In this document: piece by piece, positions 20,991 through 29,763 of the stretch
Layout of the letters: each line of letters starts with the position of its first letter
How positions within the stretch are numbered: position 1 is the first letter of the stretch
Sequence record: PZ445523.1
Origin: a phage
Length of the DNA: 64,000 bases
Reading direction: 5' to 3' (one strand)
Notes under the pieces: model-generated
Database searches by the model: none
The model's input: only the letters and a program-made list of their open reading frames with translations
Told to the model about the DNA's origin: nothing
Translations under genes and position numbers: made by a program

Positions 20991-21518
20991 TTATGCGAGT
21001 ACCGTCTTTAACCGTTCTTCAAACTTCCGAAGAGTATTCTGGCGTTCAGCTCTTTGCTTTTTGTAAGTTTCAATACGCTCTGAAATGAGAGTGTATCGTT
21101 CATTTACTGATTCTTTCATAAAATCAGGAATTTCACGAGAAGCTTTAATCTCGTCAAATTTATCAATAACAGCTTGCTCTTCAGCAATTAAGTTATCATA
21201 CATCAAAATATCTTTCTTGATGAACTCAATATCTTCTTGAGTTACACGAGATAACTTAGATGCTTTATCCTTTTTGTACTGTTCGTTAGTATCACGAGAC
21301 CAGTGTAATGTACGATTTTTATTCGTATTCTTGTAAATTTCTACAATACCAATCTCATCAATAATAACGATCCAATTCCAACGGGATTTGTAAATTTGTC
21401 CTCCATCAACAGTGATTTCACCTCCGATTGAGATGTCATTAAAGAACTTGCTTTGTGCTTCAGATTTAAATTTACCATCGTTGTAATTTACCAGGTTGAA
21501 AATATCTTTAGCGTTCAT
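20991..21518 (-). CDS. Hypothetical protein with C-terminal coiled coil
   Basis: Likely start MNAKDIF; upstream ORF-track extension is the translated promoter. Confidence 0.5.
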   Translation of the reverse strand: MNAKDIFNLVNYNDGKFKSEAQSKFFNDISIGGEITVDGGQIYKSRWNWIVIIDEIGIVEIYKNTNKNRTLHWSRDTNEQYKKDKASKLSRVTQEDIEFIKKDILMYDNLIAEEQAVIDKFDEIKASREIPDFMKESVNERYTLISERIETYKKQRAERQNTLRKFEERLKTVLA

Positions 21519-21546
21519 TTTGTGTTCCTCCGTAGTTGATAGTTGT

Positions 21547-21576
21547 ATAGTACCACAGAGGAACGGTCTTGTAAAC
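21547..21576 (-). promoter_or_regulatory. Early promoter
   Basis: GTTTAC, 18 nt, TACTAT. Confidence 0.6.
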
Positions 21577-21578
21577 AA

Positions 21579-21893
21579 CTAAAAGAAACTTCTTTCACAA
21601 TTTTTTCCACTGAACCACGCGCTCACTGCTTTCTTAGTCTCAGGAGCAGTATTATCCATAAACCATTCAAAGGCAGCCTTTTTATGATTCTGGAGGGCTT
21701 CTCGGGCTTTAATCTGCTCACGGTCTATTAACACTAACATATGAGCCTTTCTTGTCACCATGGGCTTCTTATGATTTTTTGAATACTCCCAATCATTTGT
21801 CCATCGCATCGTTGTTGCGAACTGGAATACAGCTTCTTTAATTTTAGTTTCGTAAATTTCACGAGCCTTTGAGTATAACATCACTACCTCCAT
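21579..21893 (-). CDS. Hypothetical protein
   Basis: 104-aa ORF. Confidence 0.4.
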   Translation of the reverse strand: MEVVMLYSKAREIYETKIKEAVFQFATTMRWTNDWEYSKNHKKPMVTRKAHMLVLIDREQIKAREALQNHKKAAFEWFMDNTAPETKKAVSAWFSGKNCERSFF

Positions 21894-21963
21894 TTACCAG
21901 TTTAATTCTAGTCATCTTTTTGATGGCAGTCCATATAATCTATTTCTGAACTGCCTTTTTGTC

Positions 21964-22683
21964 TTATGATTCTTCTAAATGTCTTTTCTGAAAAGTTGAT
22001 ACCATACTACGATAAGGTTCATTTGGATACCCGTGTTTTATAGCTTCCTTTGTAAATTTTCTCCATCCGTATTTAGTTTCTTTCCAAAGCTCGAATAATT
22101 CATCTTCATACTGCCATATAGTTAAATGAGAACGCTTTGCAGCTTTAATTCCATTAATGTGCTTTTCTTTTACTGTAGGATTGCTTAGTGTCTTTTTAAT
22201 AATATTACTAACTTTTCTAACAAAAGCTGGGTCCTTATATCGTTGTGAAGTTTTTATTGAAGTGTTTAATTTAGCTTCCGGCGTGGATGTGACCTCTTTC
22301 ATCTTTTTCTTCATATGCTCTATATGATTAGGATTTTTCCATAAATTTATAGAATGCTTTTTACATTTTATCCTAGTTTCATCTGCAACCTTTCCTCCTT
22401 CACCCCCATATGACAGGTTAACGCAGTTTTTTCCATATTTCAATTTACCTGCCATGATATATAATATTTCGGCTTGTACCATTTTATCATAATTATCAAA
22501 AACTTCTAAAACCGTTTTTGATAATATATGGTCATTTGACACTTTTACACGTTCTATATAATTTCCACTACCAACATACGAATCATTGATGTTATTAGTT
22601 ATATGTCGACCATAATAGTATTTCTTAATACCTGTCTTTAAATTTAATATTTCAGTTTTATAGATAGTAAAATATTTTTTCAT
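21964..22683 (-). CDS. Seg-like GIY-YIG homing endonuclease
   Basis: N-terminus YYYGRHITNNINDSYVGSGNY and later NLSYGGEGG align with the SegB ORF in this window (KIYIGVHSTENLDDGYMGSG, NLKLGGEGG). Confidence 0.6.
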   Translation of the reverse strand: MKKYFTIYKTEILNLKTGIKKYYYGRHITNNINDSYVGSGNYIERVKVSNDHILSKTVLEVFDNYDKMVQAEILYIMAGKLKYGKNCVNLSYGGEGGKVADETRIKCKKHSINLWKNPNHIEHMKKKMKEVTSTPEAKLNTSIKTSQRYKDPAFVRKVSNIIKKTLSNPTVKEKHINGIKAAKRSHLTIWQYEDELFELWKETKYGWRKFTKEAIKHGYPNEPYRSMVSTFQKRHLEES

Positions 22684-23648
22684 TTTAATAATACCGTTTC
22701 AGCAATTTCTTCCCAATGGTTTTTGTCGGTCATAATAAAGTCAGCAAGATAAAGTGCAGTACGCAGTGAAACATTGCGTAAACGATTAACATTGACTTTC
22801 ATCCATGATAATGCTTTATAAGTTTCTTCATCAGAAAGACCGCGCTTTTGCATCATGTCAGTTGAAAGAATAACATCTTCAACCCTGACCATAATTTCTT
22901 CATTAGTGTGAACACCCAAATCTAAATAAACTGAGCGGGACACTAATGCTTGTAAATGTGGAGCAAGTTTAGTACCACGGTCTAATTCGCGGTCAATATC
23001 AACGTTTGTGATAAAAACAATCGTTCCTTTAAATTCAAACTCACGCTCAATGCCTTTTTCTTCTAAGTAAGAAGATGCAGTGCTCCAGCAGACTTTACGG
23101 GTCTCTCCAGTGTCCAGAGCAGCTTTCAGAAGATTAAGAATGTCCATATCAGAGAAAACATCCACATCATCAATCAAAAGGACAGAATTCTCTTCACGAT
23201 TATTCCAAAGCTGTTCATAAAGACCGATACCAGAGATTTTACCATTAATGCTTTTATACTCAATGTATCCAATATCATTTGCTTTATTCAAAGCTTTATC
23301 TAAAGAATACGTTTTACCAATACCTGCCGCACCAGAGATAATTAATGAACGAATGTTTCCGTTAATAATACCATTCGTCATCATTCCCATAACATTAAAT
23401 CTTTTATTAATGCGGGTTTTCATATCTTCATATGATTCTTTAACTTCTTCAACTTTTACACCATCATATGAAATGTCTGATTTGTAAACCCAAACACCGC
23501 GACGTTTACCATCAATTTCAACAAAAACTTTACCGTCTCCTTGTGCATCTACCGGAGCATTATCTGGGAACCATTCGCCTAAGAGCTCAAAAGTTCCAGA
23601 AATTTCTTTACCGAAGTAGATACCCTTATTGATAGTTACAGTTTTCAT
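22680..23648 (-). CDS. AAA+ ATPase
   Basis: Likely start MKTVTINKG; Walker A ISGAAGIGKTYS, Walker B VLLIDDVD, sensor-like TNV. Confidence 0.7.
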   Translation of the reverse strand: MKTVTINKGIYFGKEISGTFELLGEWFPDNAPVDAQGDGKVFVEIDGKRRGVWVYKSDISYDGVKVEEVKESYEDMKTRINKRFNVMGMMTNGIINGNIRSLIISGAAGIGKTYSLDKALNKANDIGYIEYKSINGKISGIGLYEQLWNNREENSVLLIDDVDVFSDMDILNLLKAALDTGETRKVCWSTASSYLEEKGIEREFEFKGTIVFITNVDIDRELDRGTKLAPHLQALVSRSVYLDLGVHTNEEIMVRVEDVILSTDMMQKRGLSDEETYKALSWMKVNVNRLRNVSLRTALYLADFIMTDKNHWEEIAETVLLK

Positions 23649-23682
23649 TTTATTCTCCAAATCCGTATCAGTTGATAGTTGT

Positions 23683-23712
23683 ATAGTACCATAAAGCTTT
23701 ATGCTTGTAAAC
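23683..23712 (-). promoter_or_regulatory. Early promoter
   Basis: GTTTAC, 18 nt, TACTAT; upstream of the AAA+ ATPase gene. Confidence 0.6.
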
Positions 23713-23742
23713 AACTTTGTGAAAAATTTTTGAAATAAAAAA

Positions 23743-23762
23743 GGGGAGCCCGAAGGCTCCCC
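23743..23762 (-). terminator. Intrinsic terminator after the nucleotidyltransferase gene
   Basis: GGGGAGCC-UUCG-GGCTCCCC followed by a T-run on the minus strand. Confidence 0.7.
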
Positions 23763-23763
23763 A

Positions 23764-24777
23764 TCATTTATAATAACTTCGGTGGTTTTCAAGATAGACC
23801 TTCTCAAGGAAGTCATCCCAGAAACTCATGTCTACTTTTTGCTGCATACCGTTCTTAGAAGCTTCAGTAGATGCTGCTTCTACTTGATCGACCACATCTT
23901 CCAAAAACTCTTGAACCGTTTTAAATGGATGTTTACCCAACTTCACGTCGAGAATAAATGGAGCATCTTGGAGTGGATAAATCAAGTCGCCAGTTTTGTA
24001 AATTTCCAATAGTTGAAGTCCACCACGACAAGCATGGCTCAGAGCTTTCCAGTCAATACCTTCATTGGCTTCAGCCTTACGAGCACGTTCACCGTATTCA
24101 GCATCTAATTTGTTCAGTGACTGCTTAAGCTCAATAAGAGAAAGCGTTGTCTGATATTTACGACCCAACACAGTGTAGAACGTTTGTGGGCCTGTTTTCT
24201 CATGATTATGGAACACCCATTCACAGAATTCGTTTTCTGGAAGACGATGCTTAATATCTTCAACTTTAGTGCGACGCTGCTTAATAGAACCATCTTCTTG
24301 GTAATCAACCCATTGCTCAGGGATTTGATTAACTACTTTCAATACATCACGTAATGCAGCCAAACGAGAACCCTTGACACCGTATTTAGAAGCTTGCTTG
24401 CGGACATATCCTAAATATGATTTCATGTTAGTCGTATAAAAACGAGAACGGTTGTCTTGAATAAACTTCCACACATCAGGCAAATCAGATTTAACCACTA
24501 GTTCAGGTGGAGTGTGAAGCATATCTAATGCTACAGTTTCACCATCTGCTGCTAATTTAAAGAAATATTTAAGACTGTATAGTTCATGGTCAATATCATC
24601 TTTAGTGTTTTTAGATGATGTGTTGTTAGTGTTTTTACTCATATGCTCTTTAACATTTCCGATAAGAATATCGCGAGCAGGAGGAACAAAGATTTCTTTA
24701 AAATCTACATCAGATTCTGGGGTAGAAGTTCCATAAAGATGACTACCAAAATAGCTTTTCATTACTGTTTTCATCAT
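23764..24777 (-). CDS. Nucleotidyltransferase (Pol-beta / minimal NTase fold)
   Basis: N-terminal FGSHLYGTSTPESDVDF matches the GS-x(9-13)-DxD nucleotidyltransferase signature; 337 aa. Confidence 0.6.
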   Translation of the reverse strand: MMKTVMKSYFGSHLYGTSTPESDVDFKEIFVPPARDILIGNVKEHMSKNTNNTSSKNTKDDIDHELYSLKYFFKLAADGETVALDMLHTPPELVVKSDLPDVWKFIQDNRSRFYTTNMKSYLGYVRKQASKYGVKGSRLAALRDVLKVVNQIPEQWVDYQEDGSIKQRRTKVEDIKHRLPENEFCEWVFHNHEKTGPQTFYTVLGRKYQTTLSLIELKQSLNKLDAEYGERARKAEANEGIDWKALSHACRGGLQLLEIYKTGDLIYPLQDAPFILDVKLGKHPFKTVQEFLEDVVDQVEAASTEASKNGMQQKVDMSFWDDFLEKVYLENHRSYYK

Positions 24778-25235
24778 TCAGCCTTATATTCAATAACAGG
24801 ACATACTTTAGCTTTACGAGCTTTTAAAAATTCAACGATAATCGATTTCTTGGGTTGAATAGGAGGTAAACCTTTATACGCCCTATCAATATTTTCTATG
24901 TGTAAAGCATAATCCTTTTTCCATTTATAATCTTTATATTTTTCACGCAAATGTGCAGGAATAACAAATGAACCGATAATAAGTAAAACAACCAAAAGCG
25001 CAAGTATAAATGCTGATGGAAGCAAAGTCCATAAACTACCAAAAATAAGCCAACGTTGTAGGCTTTCTGCACAAATAATTGTTAGCCCTACGAGTATAGC
25101 ACACCCAAAAATAGAAACGAAAAATGTAGGAATAGCAATAGACCAAAAATATGCGCATAGTGTCTTAGGTCGTTGCCATTCATCGTTAAACAATTTGAAT
25201 AATTTATAGTGCCAAGAGTTTTCATTAATAATCAT
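24774..25235 (-). CDS. Integral membrane protein
   Basis: 153 aa with about three predicted transmembrane helices. Confidence 0.5.
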   Translation of the reverse strand: MIINENSWHYKLFKLFNDEWQRPKTLCAYFWSIAIPTFFVSIFGCAILVGLTIICAESLQRWLIFGSLWTLLPSAFILALLVVLLIIGSFVIPAHLREKYKDYKWKKDYALHIENIDRAYKGLPPIQPKKSIIVEFLKARKAKVCPVIEYKAE

Positions 25236-25237
25236 AA

Positions 25238-25759
25238 TTATCCTTTCATTGAAGGCGTAACGGTTGTTAAATACTTAATCATAGCTTCAGCTTCTGATTT
25301 TGATAATGAAATTTCTCCATTGTTTTGACGAATAGAAATAAAATCCGGATGACGGTCACCACCAGCTTTTAAAACACACATATAAGTATCAACTTCGCCT
25401 TCAATATTTGAAATGATTGAAGCAGTTCCACATGAATGTGGTTTTTGATAAATCAATACAGCTTTTCTTCCGCCATTTGACTGTTCATATGCTTTTAACA
25501 CATCAAGCAAATCAGTTCTTTTATCAATAGCTAAAATGTTATTTTCATCTTCAATGTTAAATCCTTCGGATACTTCATAAAGCGTTACCCATAAATCACC
25601 AATGTCAATAACAGCATTTACGTTTCCACGGCTTTCAAGAGCATGACAAATTTTCTTGATTTCGTCATAACTCATTTTAATAATATCATCTCCTTGAATA
25701 AGAAAGATGTCATTTTTAAATTCAACACGAATTAAACCACTTCCACTTGAAATAAACAT
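25238..25759 (-). CDS. Tandem-paralog protein 1
   Basis: 173 aa; C-terminus SKSEAEAMIKYLTTVTPSM resembles the neighbour. Confidence 0.5.
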   Translation of the reverse strand: MFISSGSGLIRVEFKNDIFLIQGDDIIKMSYDEIKKICHALESRGNVNAVIDIGDLWVTLYEVSEGFNIEDENNILAIDKRTDLLDVLKAYEQSNGGRKAVLIYQKPHSCGTASIISNIEGEVDTYMCVLKAGGDRHPDFISIRQNNGEISLSKSEAEAMIKYLTTVTPSMKG

Positions 25760-25765
25760 ATTTCC

Positions 25766-26320
25766 TCACTTTGAAATCATAGTTGGAATGACAGAATCAA
25801 GATAAGTCTTTAGCGCAATAGCTTCGTCTTTGGTAAATGTGACAATATGTGCTCGAGAATCATCAATTTGGCGAACAAGTACGACATCGCCATCTTCATA
25901 AGAAGTCTTGACATCCAAAGTCGTAGTATAATTTGCAGCTACTGGATTAATAATGCTAGCACCGCGATCTTTAGCCCATTGAAGTTTAGACTTTTCGGGT
26001 GTTTCGACTGTTTCAGATTCCAAGAATTCTTTCACCTTGGCAACGAATGTTGCCCAATTGTTGATAGAAAGACACGCAAGTTCAGTTTCAATATTACCAC
26101 CGTGAGTGCCACGATAAAAACGAACTTGGAGGTCGTCTGTAATATTAGTTACACAGGTAACTCCTGAGGGAGCATAAGATAAAATCGCAGGCAATTCCAT
26201 AGGAAGAATAGTAATACTATCGTCTTCCTGCGTCAGAACGTATATATTACCACGTTTTTCGATAACCAGGTCACCGAACAAATCAGTTGTTTCAATTACA
26301 GCTTTCATATTATTTACCAA
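25766..26320 (-). CDS. Tandem-paralog protein 2
   Basis: 184 aa; C-terminus TKDEAIALKTYLDSVIPTM. Confidence 0.5.
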   Translation of the reverse strand: MVNNMKAVIETTDLFGDLVIEKRGNIYVLTQEDDSITILPMELPAILSYAPSGVTCVTNITDDLQVRFYRGTHGGNIETELACLSINNWATFVAKVKEFLESETVETPEKSKLQWAKDRGASIINPVAANYTTTLDVKTSYEDGDVVLVRQIDDSRAHIVTFTKDEAIALKTYLDSVIPTMISK

Positions 26321-26495
26321 TTAAAGTTTCAATATAAGAATCAAGATTTACTTTAGCTTCTTCCATAAGAGTTTTGTATTTAATCTTGTTGGCATGTCCG
26401 GAGAAAGCTGATTCATCAATAATTGTTGATGTATGAACAGCTTTACTATACGTCTCAATTAATTCTCTTAATTTAAAAGCCTGCTCACTTGTCAT
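26310..26495 (-). CDS. Small helical protein, family member
   Basis: 61 aa; MTSEQAFKLRELI...LDSYIETLIGK. Confidence 0.45.
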   Translation of the reverse strand: MTSEQAFKLRELIETYSKAVHTSTIIDESAFSGHANKIKYKTLMEEAKVNLDSYIETLIGK

Positions 26496-26627
26496 TACAT
26501 ACTCCTCTGAATCATATCAATAATGTTGTTCACCAGATTATAAGTAAACATTGGGTAATTATATTGAATCATCACATACACAACAAACAAAACTTTCATT
26601 CTCTTCTCCTTGGCAGTTGACAAGATT

Positions 26628-26657
26628 ACTATACCATAACCTTGCCAACTTGTAAAC
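26628..26657 (-). promoter_or_regulatory. Early promoter
   Basis: GTTTAC, 18 nt, TATAGT. Confidence 0.5.
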
Positions 26658-26823
26658 CATTAAATGACGTTTTCGATAAAATTCTGAAGCTTTGTATGAG
26701 CATCAACCATGATTTTCATTTCTTCTTTGGCGAAAGCTATACCTCTTTCACGAGAAGAATATTCATAGTCAGAAACTGCATTAGCATATTCTTCAATTAG
26801 CTTTCATTAAAAACATCTGCTTT

Positions 26824-27018
26824 TCAGTTTTCATTATTCCACCTAATCATTTCAAGATATTGAACTAACTTAGCTTTGGATTTATCCAAATCCTTTTTAG
26901 CTGCTTCTATACCGTCGTATGAATATCCTTCACAATGCTCAACTGCTAATTGATATGAATCTATTTCAATATCATGCGCTAATTTAATGATTTTTTCAAA
27001 CTGTTCGTGTGTTAGCAT
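26824..27018 (-). CDS. Small helical protein, family member
   Basis: 64 aa; MLTHEQFEKIIKL...LVQYLEMI. Confidence 0.45.
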   Translation of the reverse strand: MLTHEQFEKIIKLAHDIEIDSYQLAVEHCEGYSYDGIEAAKKDLDKSKAKLVQYLEMIRWNNEN

Positions 27019-27020
27019 AC

Positions 27021-27239
27021 TTACACTCTCGTATTATGATCGATAATTTCATCAAGAAACATATCTAACGCTTCTAAAGCATTATCAACTTTAGCTTCAA
27101 ATTCTTCAATACCTGATAAGGCAAAGTTAACGCGTTCCTCATCTGCTTTACGAATTAAAGCTACCAATTCCTTAATTTTATCCGCTTGTTCAATACTAAT
27201 CATTATTCCACCACATATGAAAGAGAGAATATTGCACAC
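27021..27239 (-). CDS. Small helical protein, family member
   Basis: [13 protein letters not shown]...LDMFLDEII. Confidence 0.4.
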   Translation of the reverse strand: MCNILSFICGGIMISIEQADKIKELVALIRKADEERVNFALSGIEEFEAKVDNALEALDMFLDEIIDHNTRV

Positions 27240-27391
27240 GCCATGTGAGTTGCAGCTTCATCACACATATTATAACGTTTCTTAAGAAGTTCTACAAGTT
27301 CTTCACTAGTGACTTCATCCATGTCGACGAAAAAATCACCATTAATGATGACGTAGATATTTCCTTCTTGATTGAGTGCTTCAATTTTCAT
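27203..27391 (-). CDS. Hypothetical small protein
   Basis: Likely start MKIEALNQ just downstream of an early promoter. Confidence 0.4.
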   Translation of the reverse strand: MKIEALNQEGNIYVIINGDFFVDMDEVTSEELVELLKKRYNMCDEAATHMACAIFSLSYVVE

Positions 27392-27419
27392 GATGTTCTC
27401 CTCTTTATCCGATGGTTGT

Positions 27420-27449
27420 ATAGTACCACAGCTCAAACGGAAAGTAAAC
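27420..27449 (-). promoter_or_regulatory. Early promoter
   Basis: GTTTAC, 18 nt, TACTAT. Confidence 0.6.
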
Positions 27450-27464
27450 CGGTAAAATGAAAAA

Positions 27465-27482
27465 AGTCTCCCGAAGGAGACT
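27465..27482 (-). terminator. Intrinsic terminator
   Basis: AGTCTCC-UUCG-GGAGACT followed by TTTTTT. Confidence 0.65.
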
Positions 27483-27486
27483 AATG

Positions 27487-27873
27487 TTATTCGAGGGAAA
27501 GAAGATACTTACTCTGGTAAAACATTCCAGTAATATCATCTATCGTGCTTTGGATGGCTGGAGGCATTTCTTTATAAATGCTGTTAGATTGGTCTAGTAT
27601 GCGATCAATCATTTTAATTGTGTCGGTAGGAAGTTTACTGGCATCTGGAATTGAAGGTGTGTATTTTCGACCAGAATACCCCAAATATTGCTCACCAAAT
27701 TTATCAATCAAATCTGGCAACTCGGAGAAAATAAAATCGTATGCTTTGTGTCTAGCATAACTTTTAGTTTCAAAATGTGCAGAATGAAAATAAGCTTGTG
27801 CAGCCATTAATAAACCTAAGTATTCATCTGCCTTTGAAGGTTTTCCACTTTGTGAAAAGTCGCTGAATTTCAT
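27487..27873 (-). CDS. Hypothetical protein (rI.-1-like position)
   Basis: 128-aa ORF immediately upstream of rI on the minus strand. Confidence 0.45.
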   Translation of the reverse strand: MKFSDFSQSGKPSKADEYLGLLMAAQAYFHSAHFETKSYARHKAYDFIFSELPDLIDKFGEQYLGYSGRKYTPSIPDASKLPTDTIKMIDRILDQSNSIYKEMPPAIQSTIDDITGMFYQSKYLLSLE

Positions 27874-28163
27874 TCAGTCTCCAATTTAATGTTCATAATT
27901 CTAGCGTATGATTGTGCCATCTCCGCGCCTCGTTCTATACATTCAAAATCAGAAGAGCACGGGTCATTTTTATAGGTCGTTCTCATAAAACTATAGAATT
28001 GTTCAGACGATTCTACGCTTTTATTTTCAAAAAGCATATAAACGTGCCTAATACCAGATTCCATAAATTTATCAAAATGAGGATCGGCATTCGCTTCAAT
28101 CGATGGAGATAAAACAAATGACAATCCTAGCATGGCAAATAGTGCCGTTGCTTTTAAGGCCAT
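27870..28163 (-). CDS. rI: Lysis inhibition regulator rI
   Basis: 97 aa; N-terminal signal/anchor MALKATALFAMLGLSFVLSPSIEA; matches T4 rI as I recall it. Confidence 0.85.
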   Translation of the reverse strand: MALKATALFAMLGLSFVLSPSIEANADPHFDKFMESGIRHVYMLFENKSVESSEQFYSFMRTTYKNDPCSSDFECIERGAEMAQSYARIMNIKLETE

Positions 28164-28175
28164 AAAGGCCTCCTA

Positions 28176-28388
28176 TCATTTTTGTCCTGTATTTACTTTA
28201 TGCCGATGCACGGCCTTAACTTTATCAAGGTATTTTTCAAAATTTCGCAATCTAGTATAGTCTGCCGGAGATTGGTTGAGTGATACTTCTCGACGCAAAG
28301 CTGAAATGATATTTCCAACTTCCCTACGAATTTCATCTAATTGAAGCACAGTAAGATTGCGAAGTTGCTTTTCAGTTAATTGTAGCAT
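28176..28388 (-). CDS. Hypothetical small protein
   Basis: 70-aa ORF between rI and tk. Confidence 0.4.
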
Positions 28389-28430
28389 ATATACCCCTTT
28401 AGTTAGATAAACCTATTTATAACTTTTGCA

Positions 28431-29012
28431 CTAACCGAGCTTTTTAGTTAATTCATTCCAATGTTTTCTACACAAAGAAACATAAATTTCATCACCAATA
28501 CAGATTTGATTACCTTCTTTAACTGATGTTCCATCTTCCATTAATCGAGCTGTCATAATCGCTTTTTTACCACAATGACAAACTGCCTTTAGTTCAATAA
28601 GTTTATCTGCAATCGCTAAAAGTTCTTTAGAACCTTCAAACAATTTTCCAGCGAAATCAGTCCTTAATCCATAAGCCATAACAGGAACATTATATGTATC
28701 AACAATTCGGCTCAATTGATGCACCTGTTCAGTTTTTAAAAATTGGGCTTCATCTACAAATATGCAATGAATATCTTTTTGTGCTTCAGCCCATTTATAG
28801 AACTCGAAAATATCCATATCATCCGTAATAATATTCGCTTCCTGCTTAATTCCAATGCGAGAAACGACTTCACAGACAGAATCGCGAGTATCAATAGCAG
28901 GCTTAAGAACTAATACGCCCATTCCGCGTTCTTTATAATTGTGTGCAGCAGTCAAAAGAGAAGCAGATTTTCCAGCATTCATTGCTGCATAAGTAAAAAT
29001 TAAACTCGCCAT
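28431..29012 (-). CDS. tk: Thymidine kinase
   Basis: 193 aa; P-loop NAGKSASL, zinc cysteines CHCGKKA. Confidence 0.9.
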   Translation of the reverse strand: MASLIFTYAAMNAGKSASLLTAAHNYKERGMGVLVLKPAIDTRDSVCEVVSRIGIKQEANIITDDMDIFEFYKWAEAQKDIHCIFVDEAQFLKTEQVHQLSRIVDTYNVPVMAYGLRTDFAGKLFEGSKELLAIADKLIELKAVCHCGKKAIMTARLMEDGTSVKEGNQICIGDEIYVSLCRKHWNELTKKLG

Positions 29013-29013
29013 T

Positions 29014-29202
29014 TTAGTCCTTAGTTAAATTTTCTAAATATGTTTCTAAATCATTTTCAGCTTTATCGATAGATTTTACTAATTCGTAATATGTTTCGGC
29101 ATCTCCATATTCAGAAGATATTTCAAAAGACAAATCCTTTTCTAAACTAATAATTTCACCAACTAAAAATAATATTTCGTTCTTTTGTTCGCGAGTAATC
29201 AT
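29014..29202 (-). CDS. Small helical protein, family member
   Basis: 62 aa; MITREQKNEILFLV...LETYLENL. Confidence 0.45.
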   Translation of the reverse strand: MITREQKNEILFLVGEIISLEKDLSFEISSEYGDAETYYELVKSIDKAENDLETYLENLTKD

Positions 29203-29384
29203 AAAGAATTTATATAATCAATGAGTTCTTGCTCTTTATCGTCGAAATCTTTACACAGTTCTTCGTATTCGTCAGTATTAAAAGGACCGCATTCATTACA
29301 AACTTTTTCCAATTCACTATTTTTATCCATAACTTCGTGGATAAGAGAAAAGAGTTTGTCTTTTTGTTCTTTGCTTAGGCTCAT
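29199..29384 (-). CDS. Small helical protein, family member
   Basis: 61 aa; MSLSKEQKDKLFSLI...LIDYINSL. Confidence 0.45.
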   Translation of the reverse strand: MSLSKEQKDKLFSLIHEVMDKNSELEKVCNECGPFNTDEYEELCKDFDDKEQELIDYINSL

Positions 29385-29550
29385 ATATTAATTTCCAGAA
29401 GTTTTAAAATAATTCGCTTTTGCTTAAATATTTCCACAGTTAAATGATCAGTATCTTTTTGACCAATTCCAATGGCAAAACCTTTATTAACAGCGAGTTC
29501 AATTAAATTATCAAGTTCACGTAACACTTCGTATTGTAACTCAGAACTAT

Positions 29551-29763
29551 TCATTTTGGTTTACCTTCTTTAACGAAATCAGGATAAGGATAAAATCCTG
29601 AATAAAATCCTTCACCTTTATGATTGATGCATCCTTTATTAGAACAATAGCACCAATAATCGAAATCACAAGCCATTTCATCATTGCATAAAGCAAAAAC
29701 AACCGGCCACTTACACTTTTCACAGTGGGCATTTTTAAGAATACTAGTTTGGCTCATAACCAT
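29551..29763 (-). CDS. Small cysteine-rich protein
   Basis: 70 aa; HCEKCKW...C...C.C..GC, possible zinc-binding. Confidence 0.35.
   Translation of the reverse strand: MVMSQTSILKNAHCEKCKWPVVFALCNDEMACDFDYWCYCSNKGCINHKGEGFYSGFYPYPDFVKEGKPK

Noticed and set aside
21519-21578. N-terminal extension ...LCGTIQLSTTEEHK on the ORF at 20991-21578, and the same motif at 23649-23816 and 39059-39121
   Set aside because: The shared peptide is the in-frame translation of the repeated early promoter DNA; the true starts are the downstream methionines. It is not a protein domain or signal sequence.
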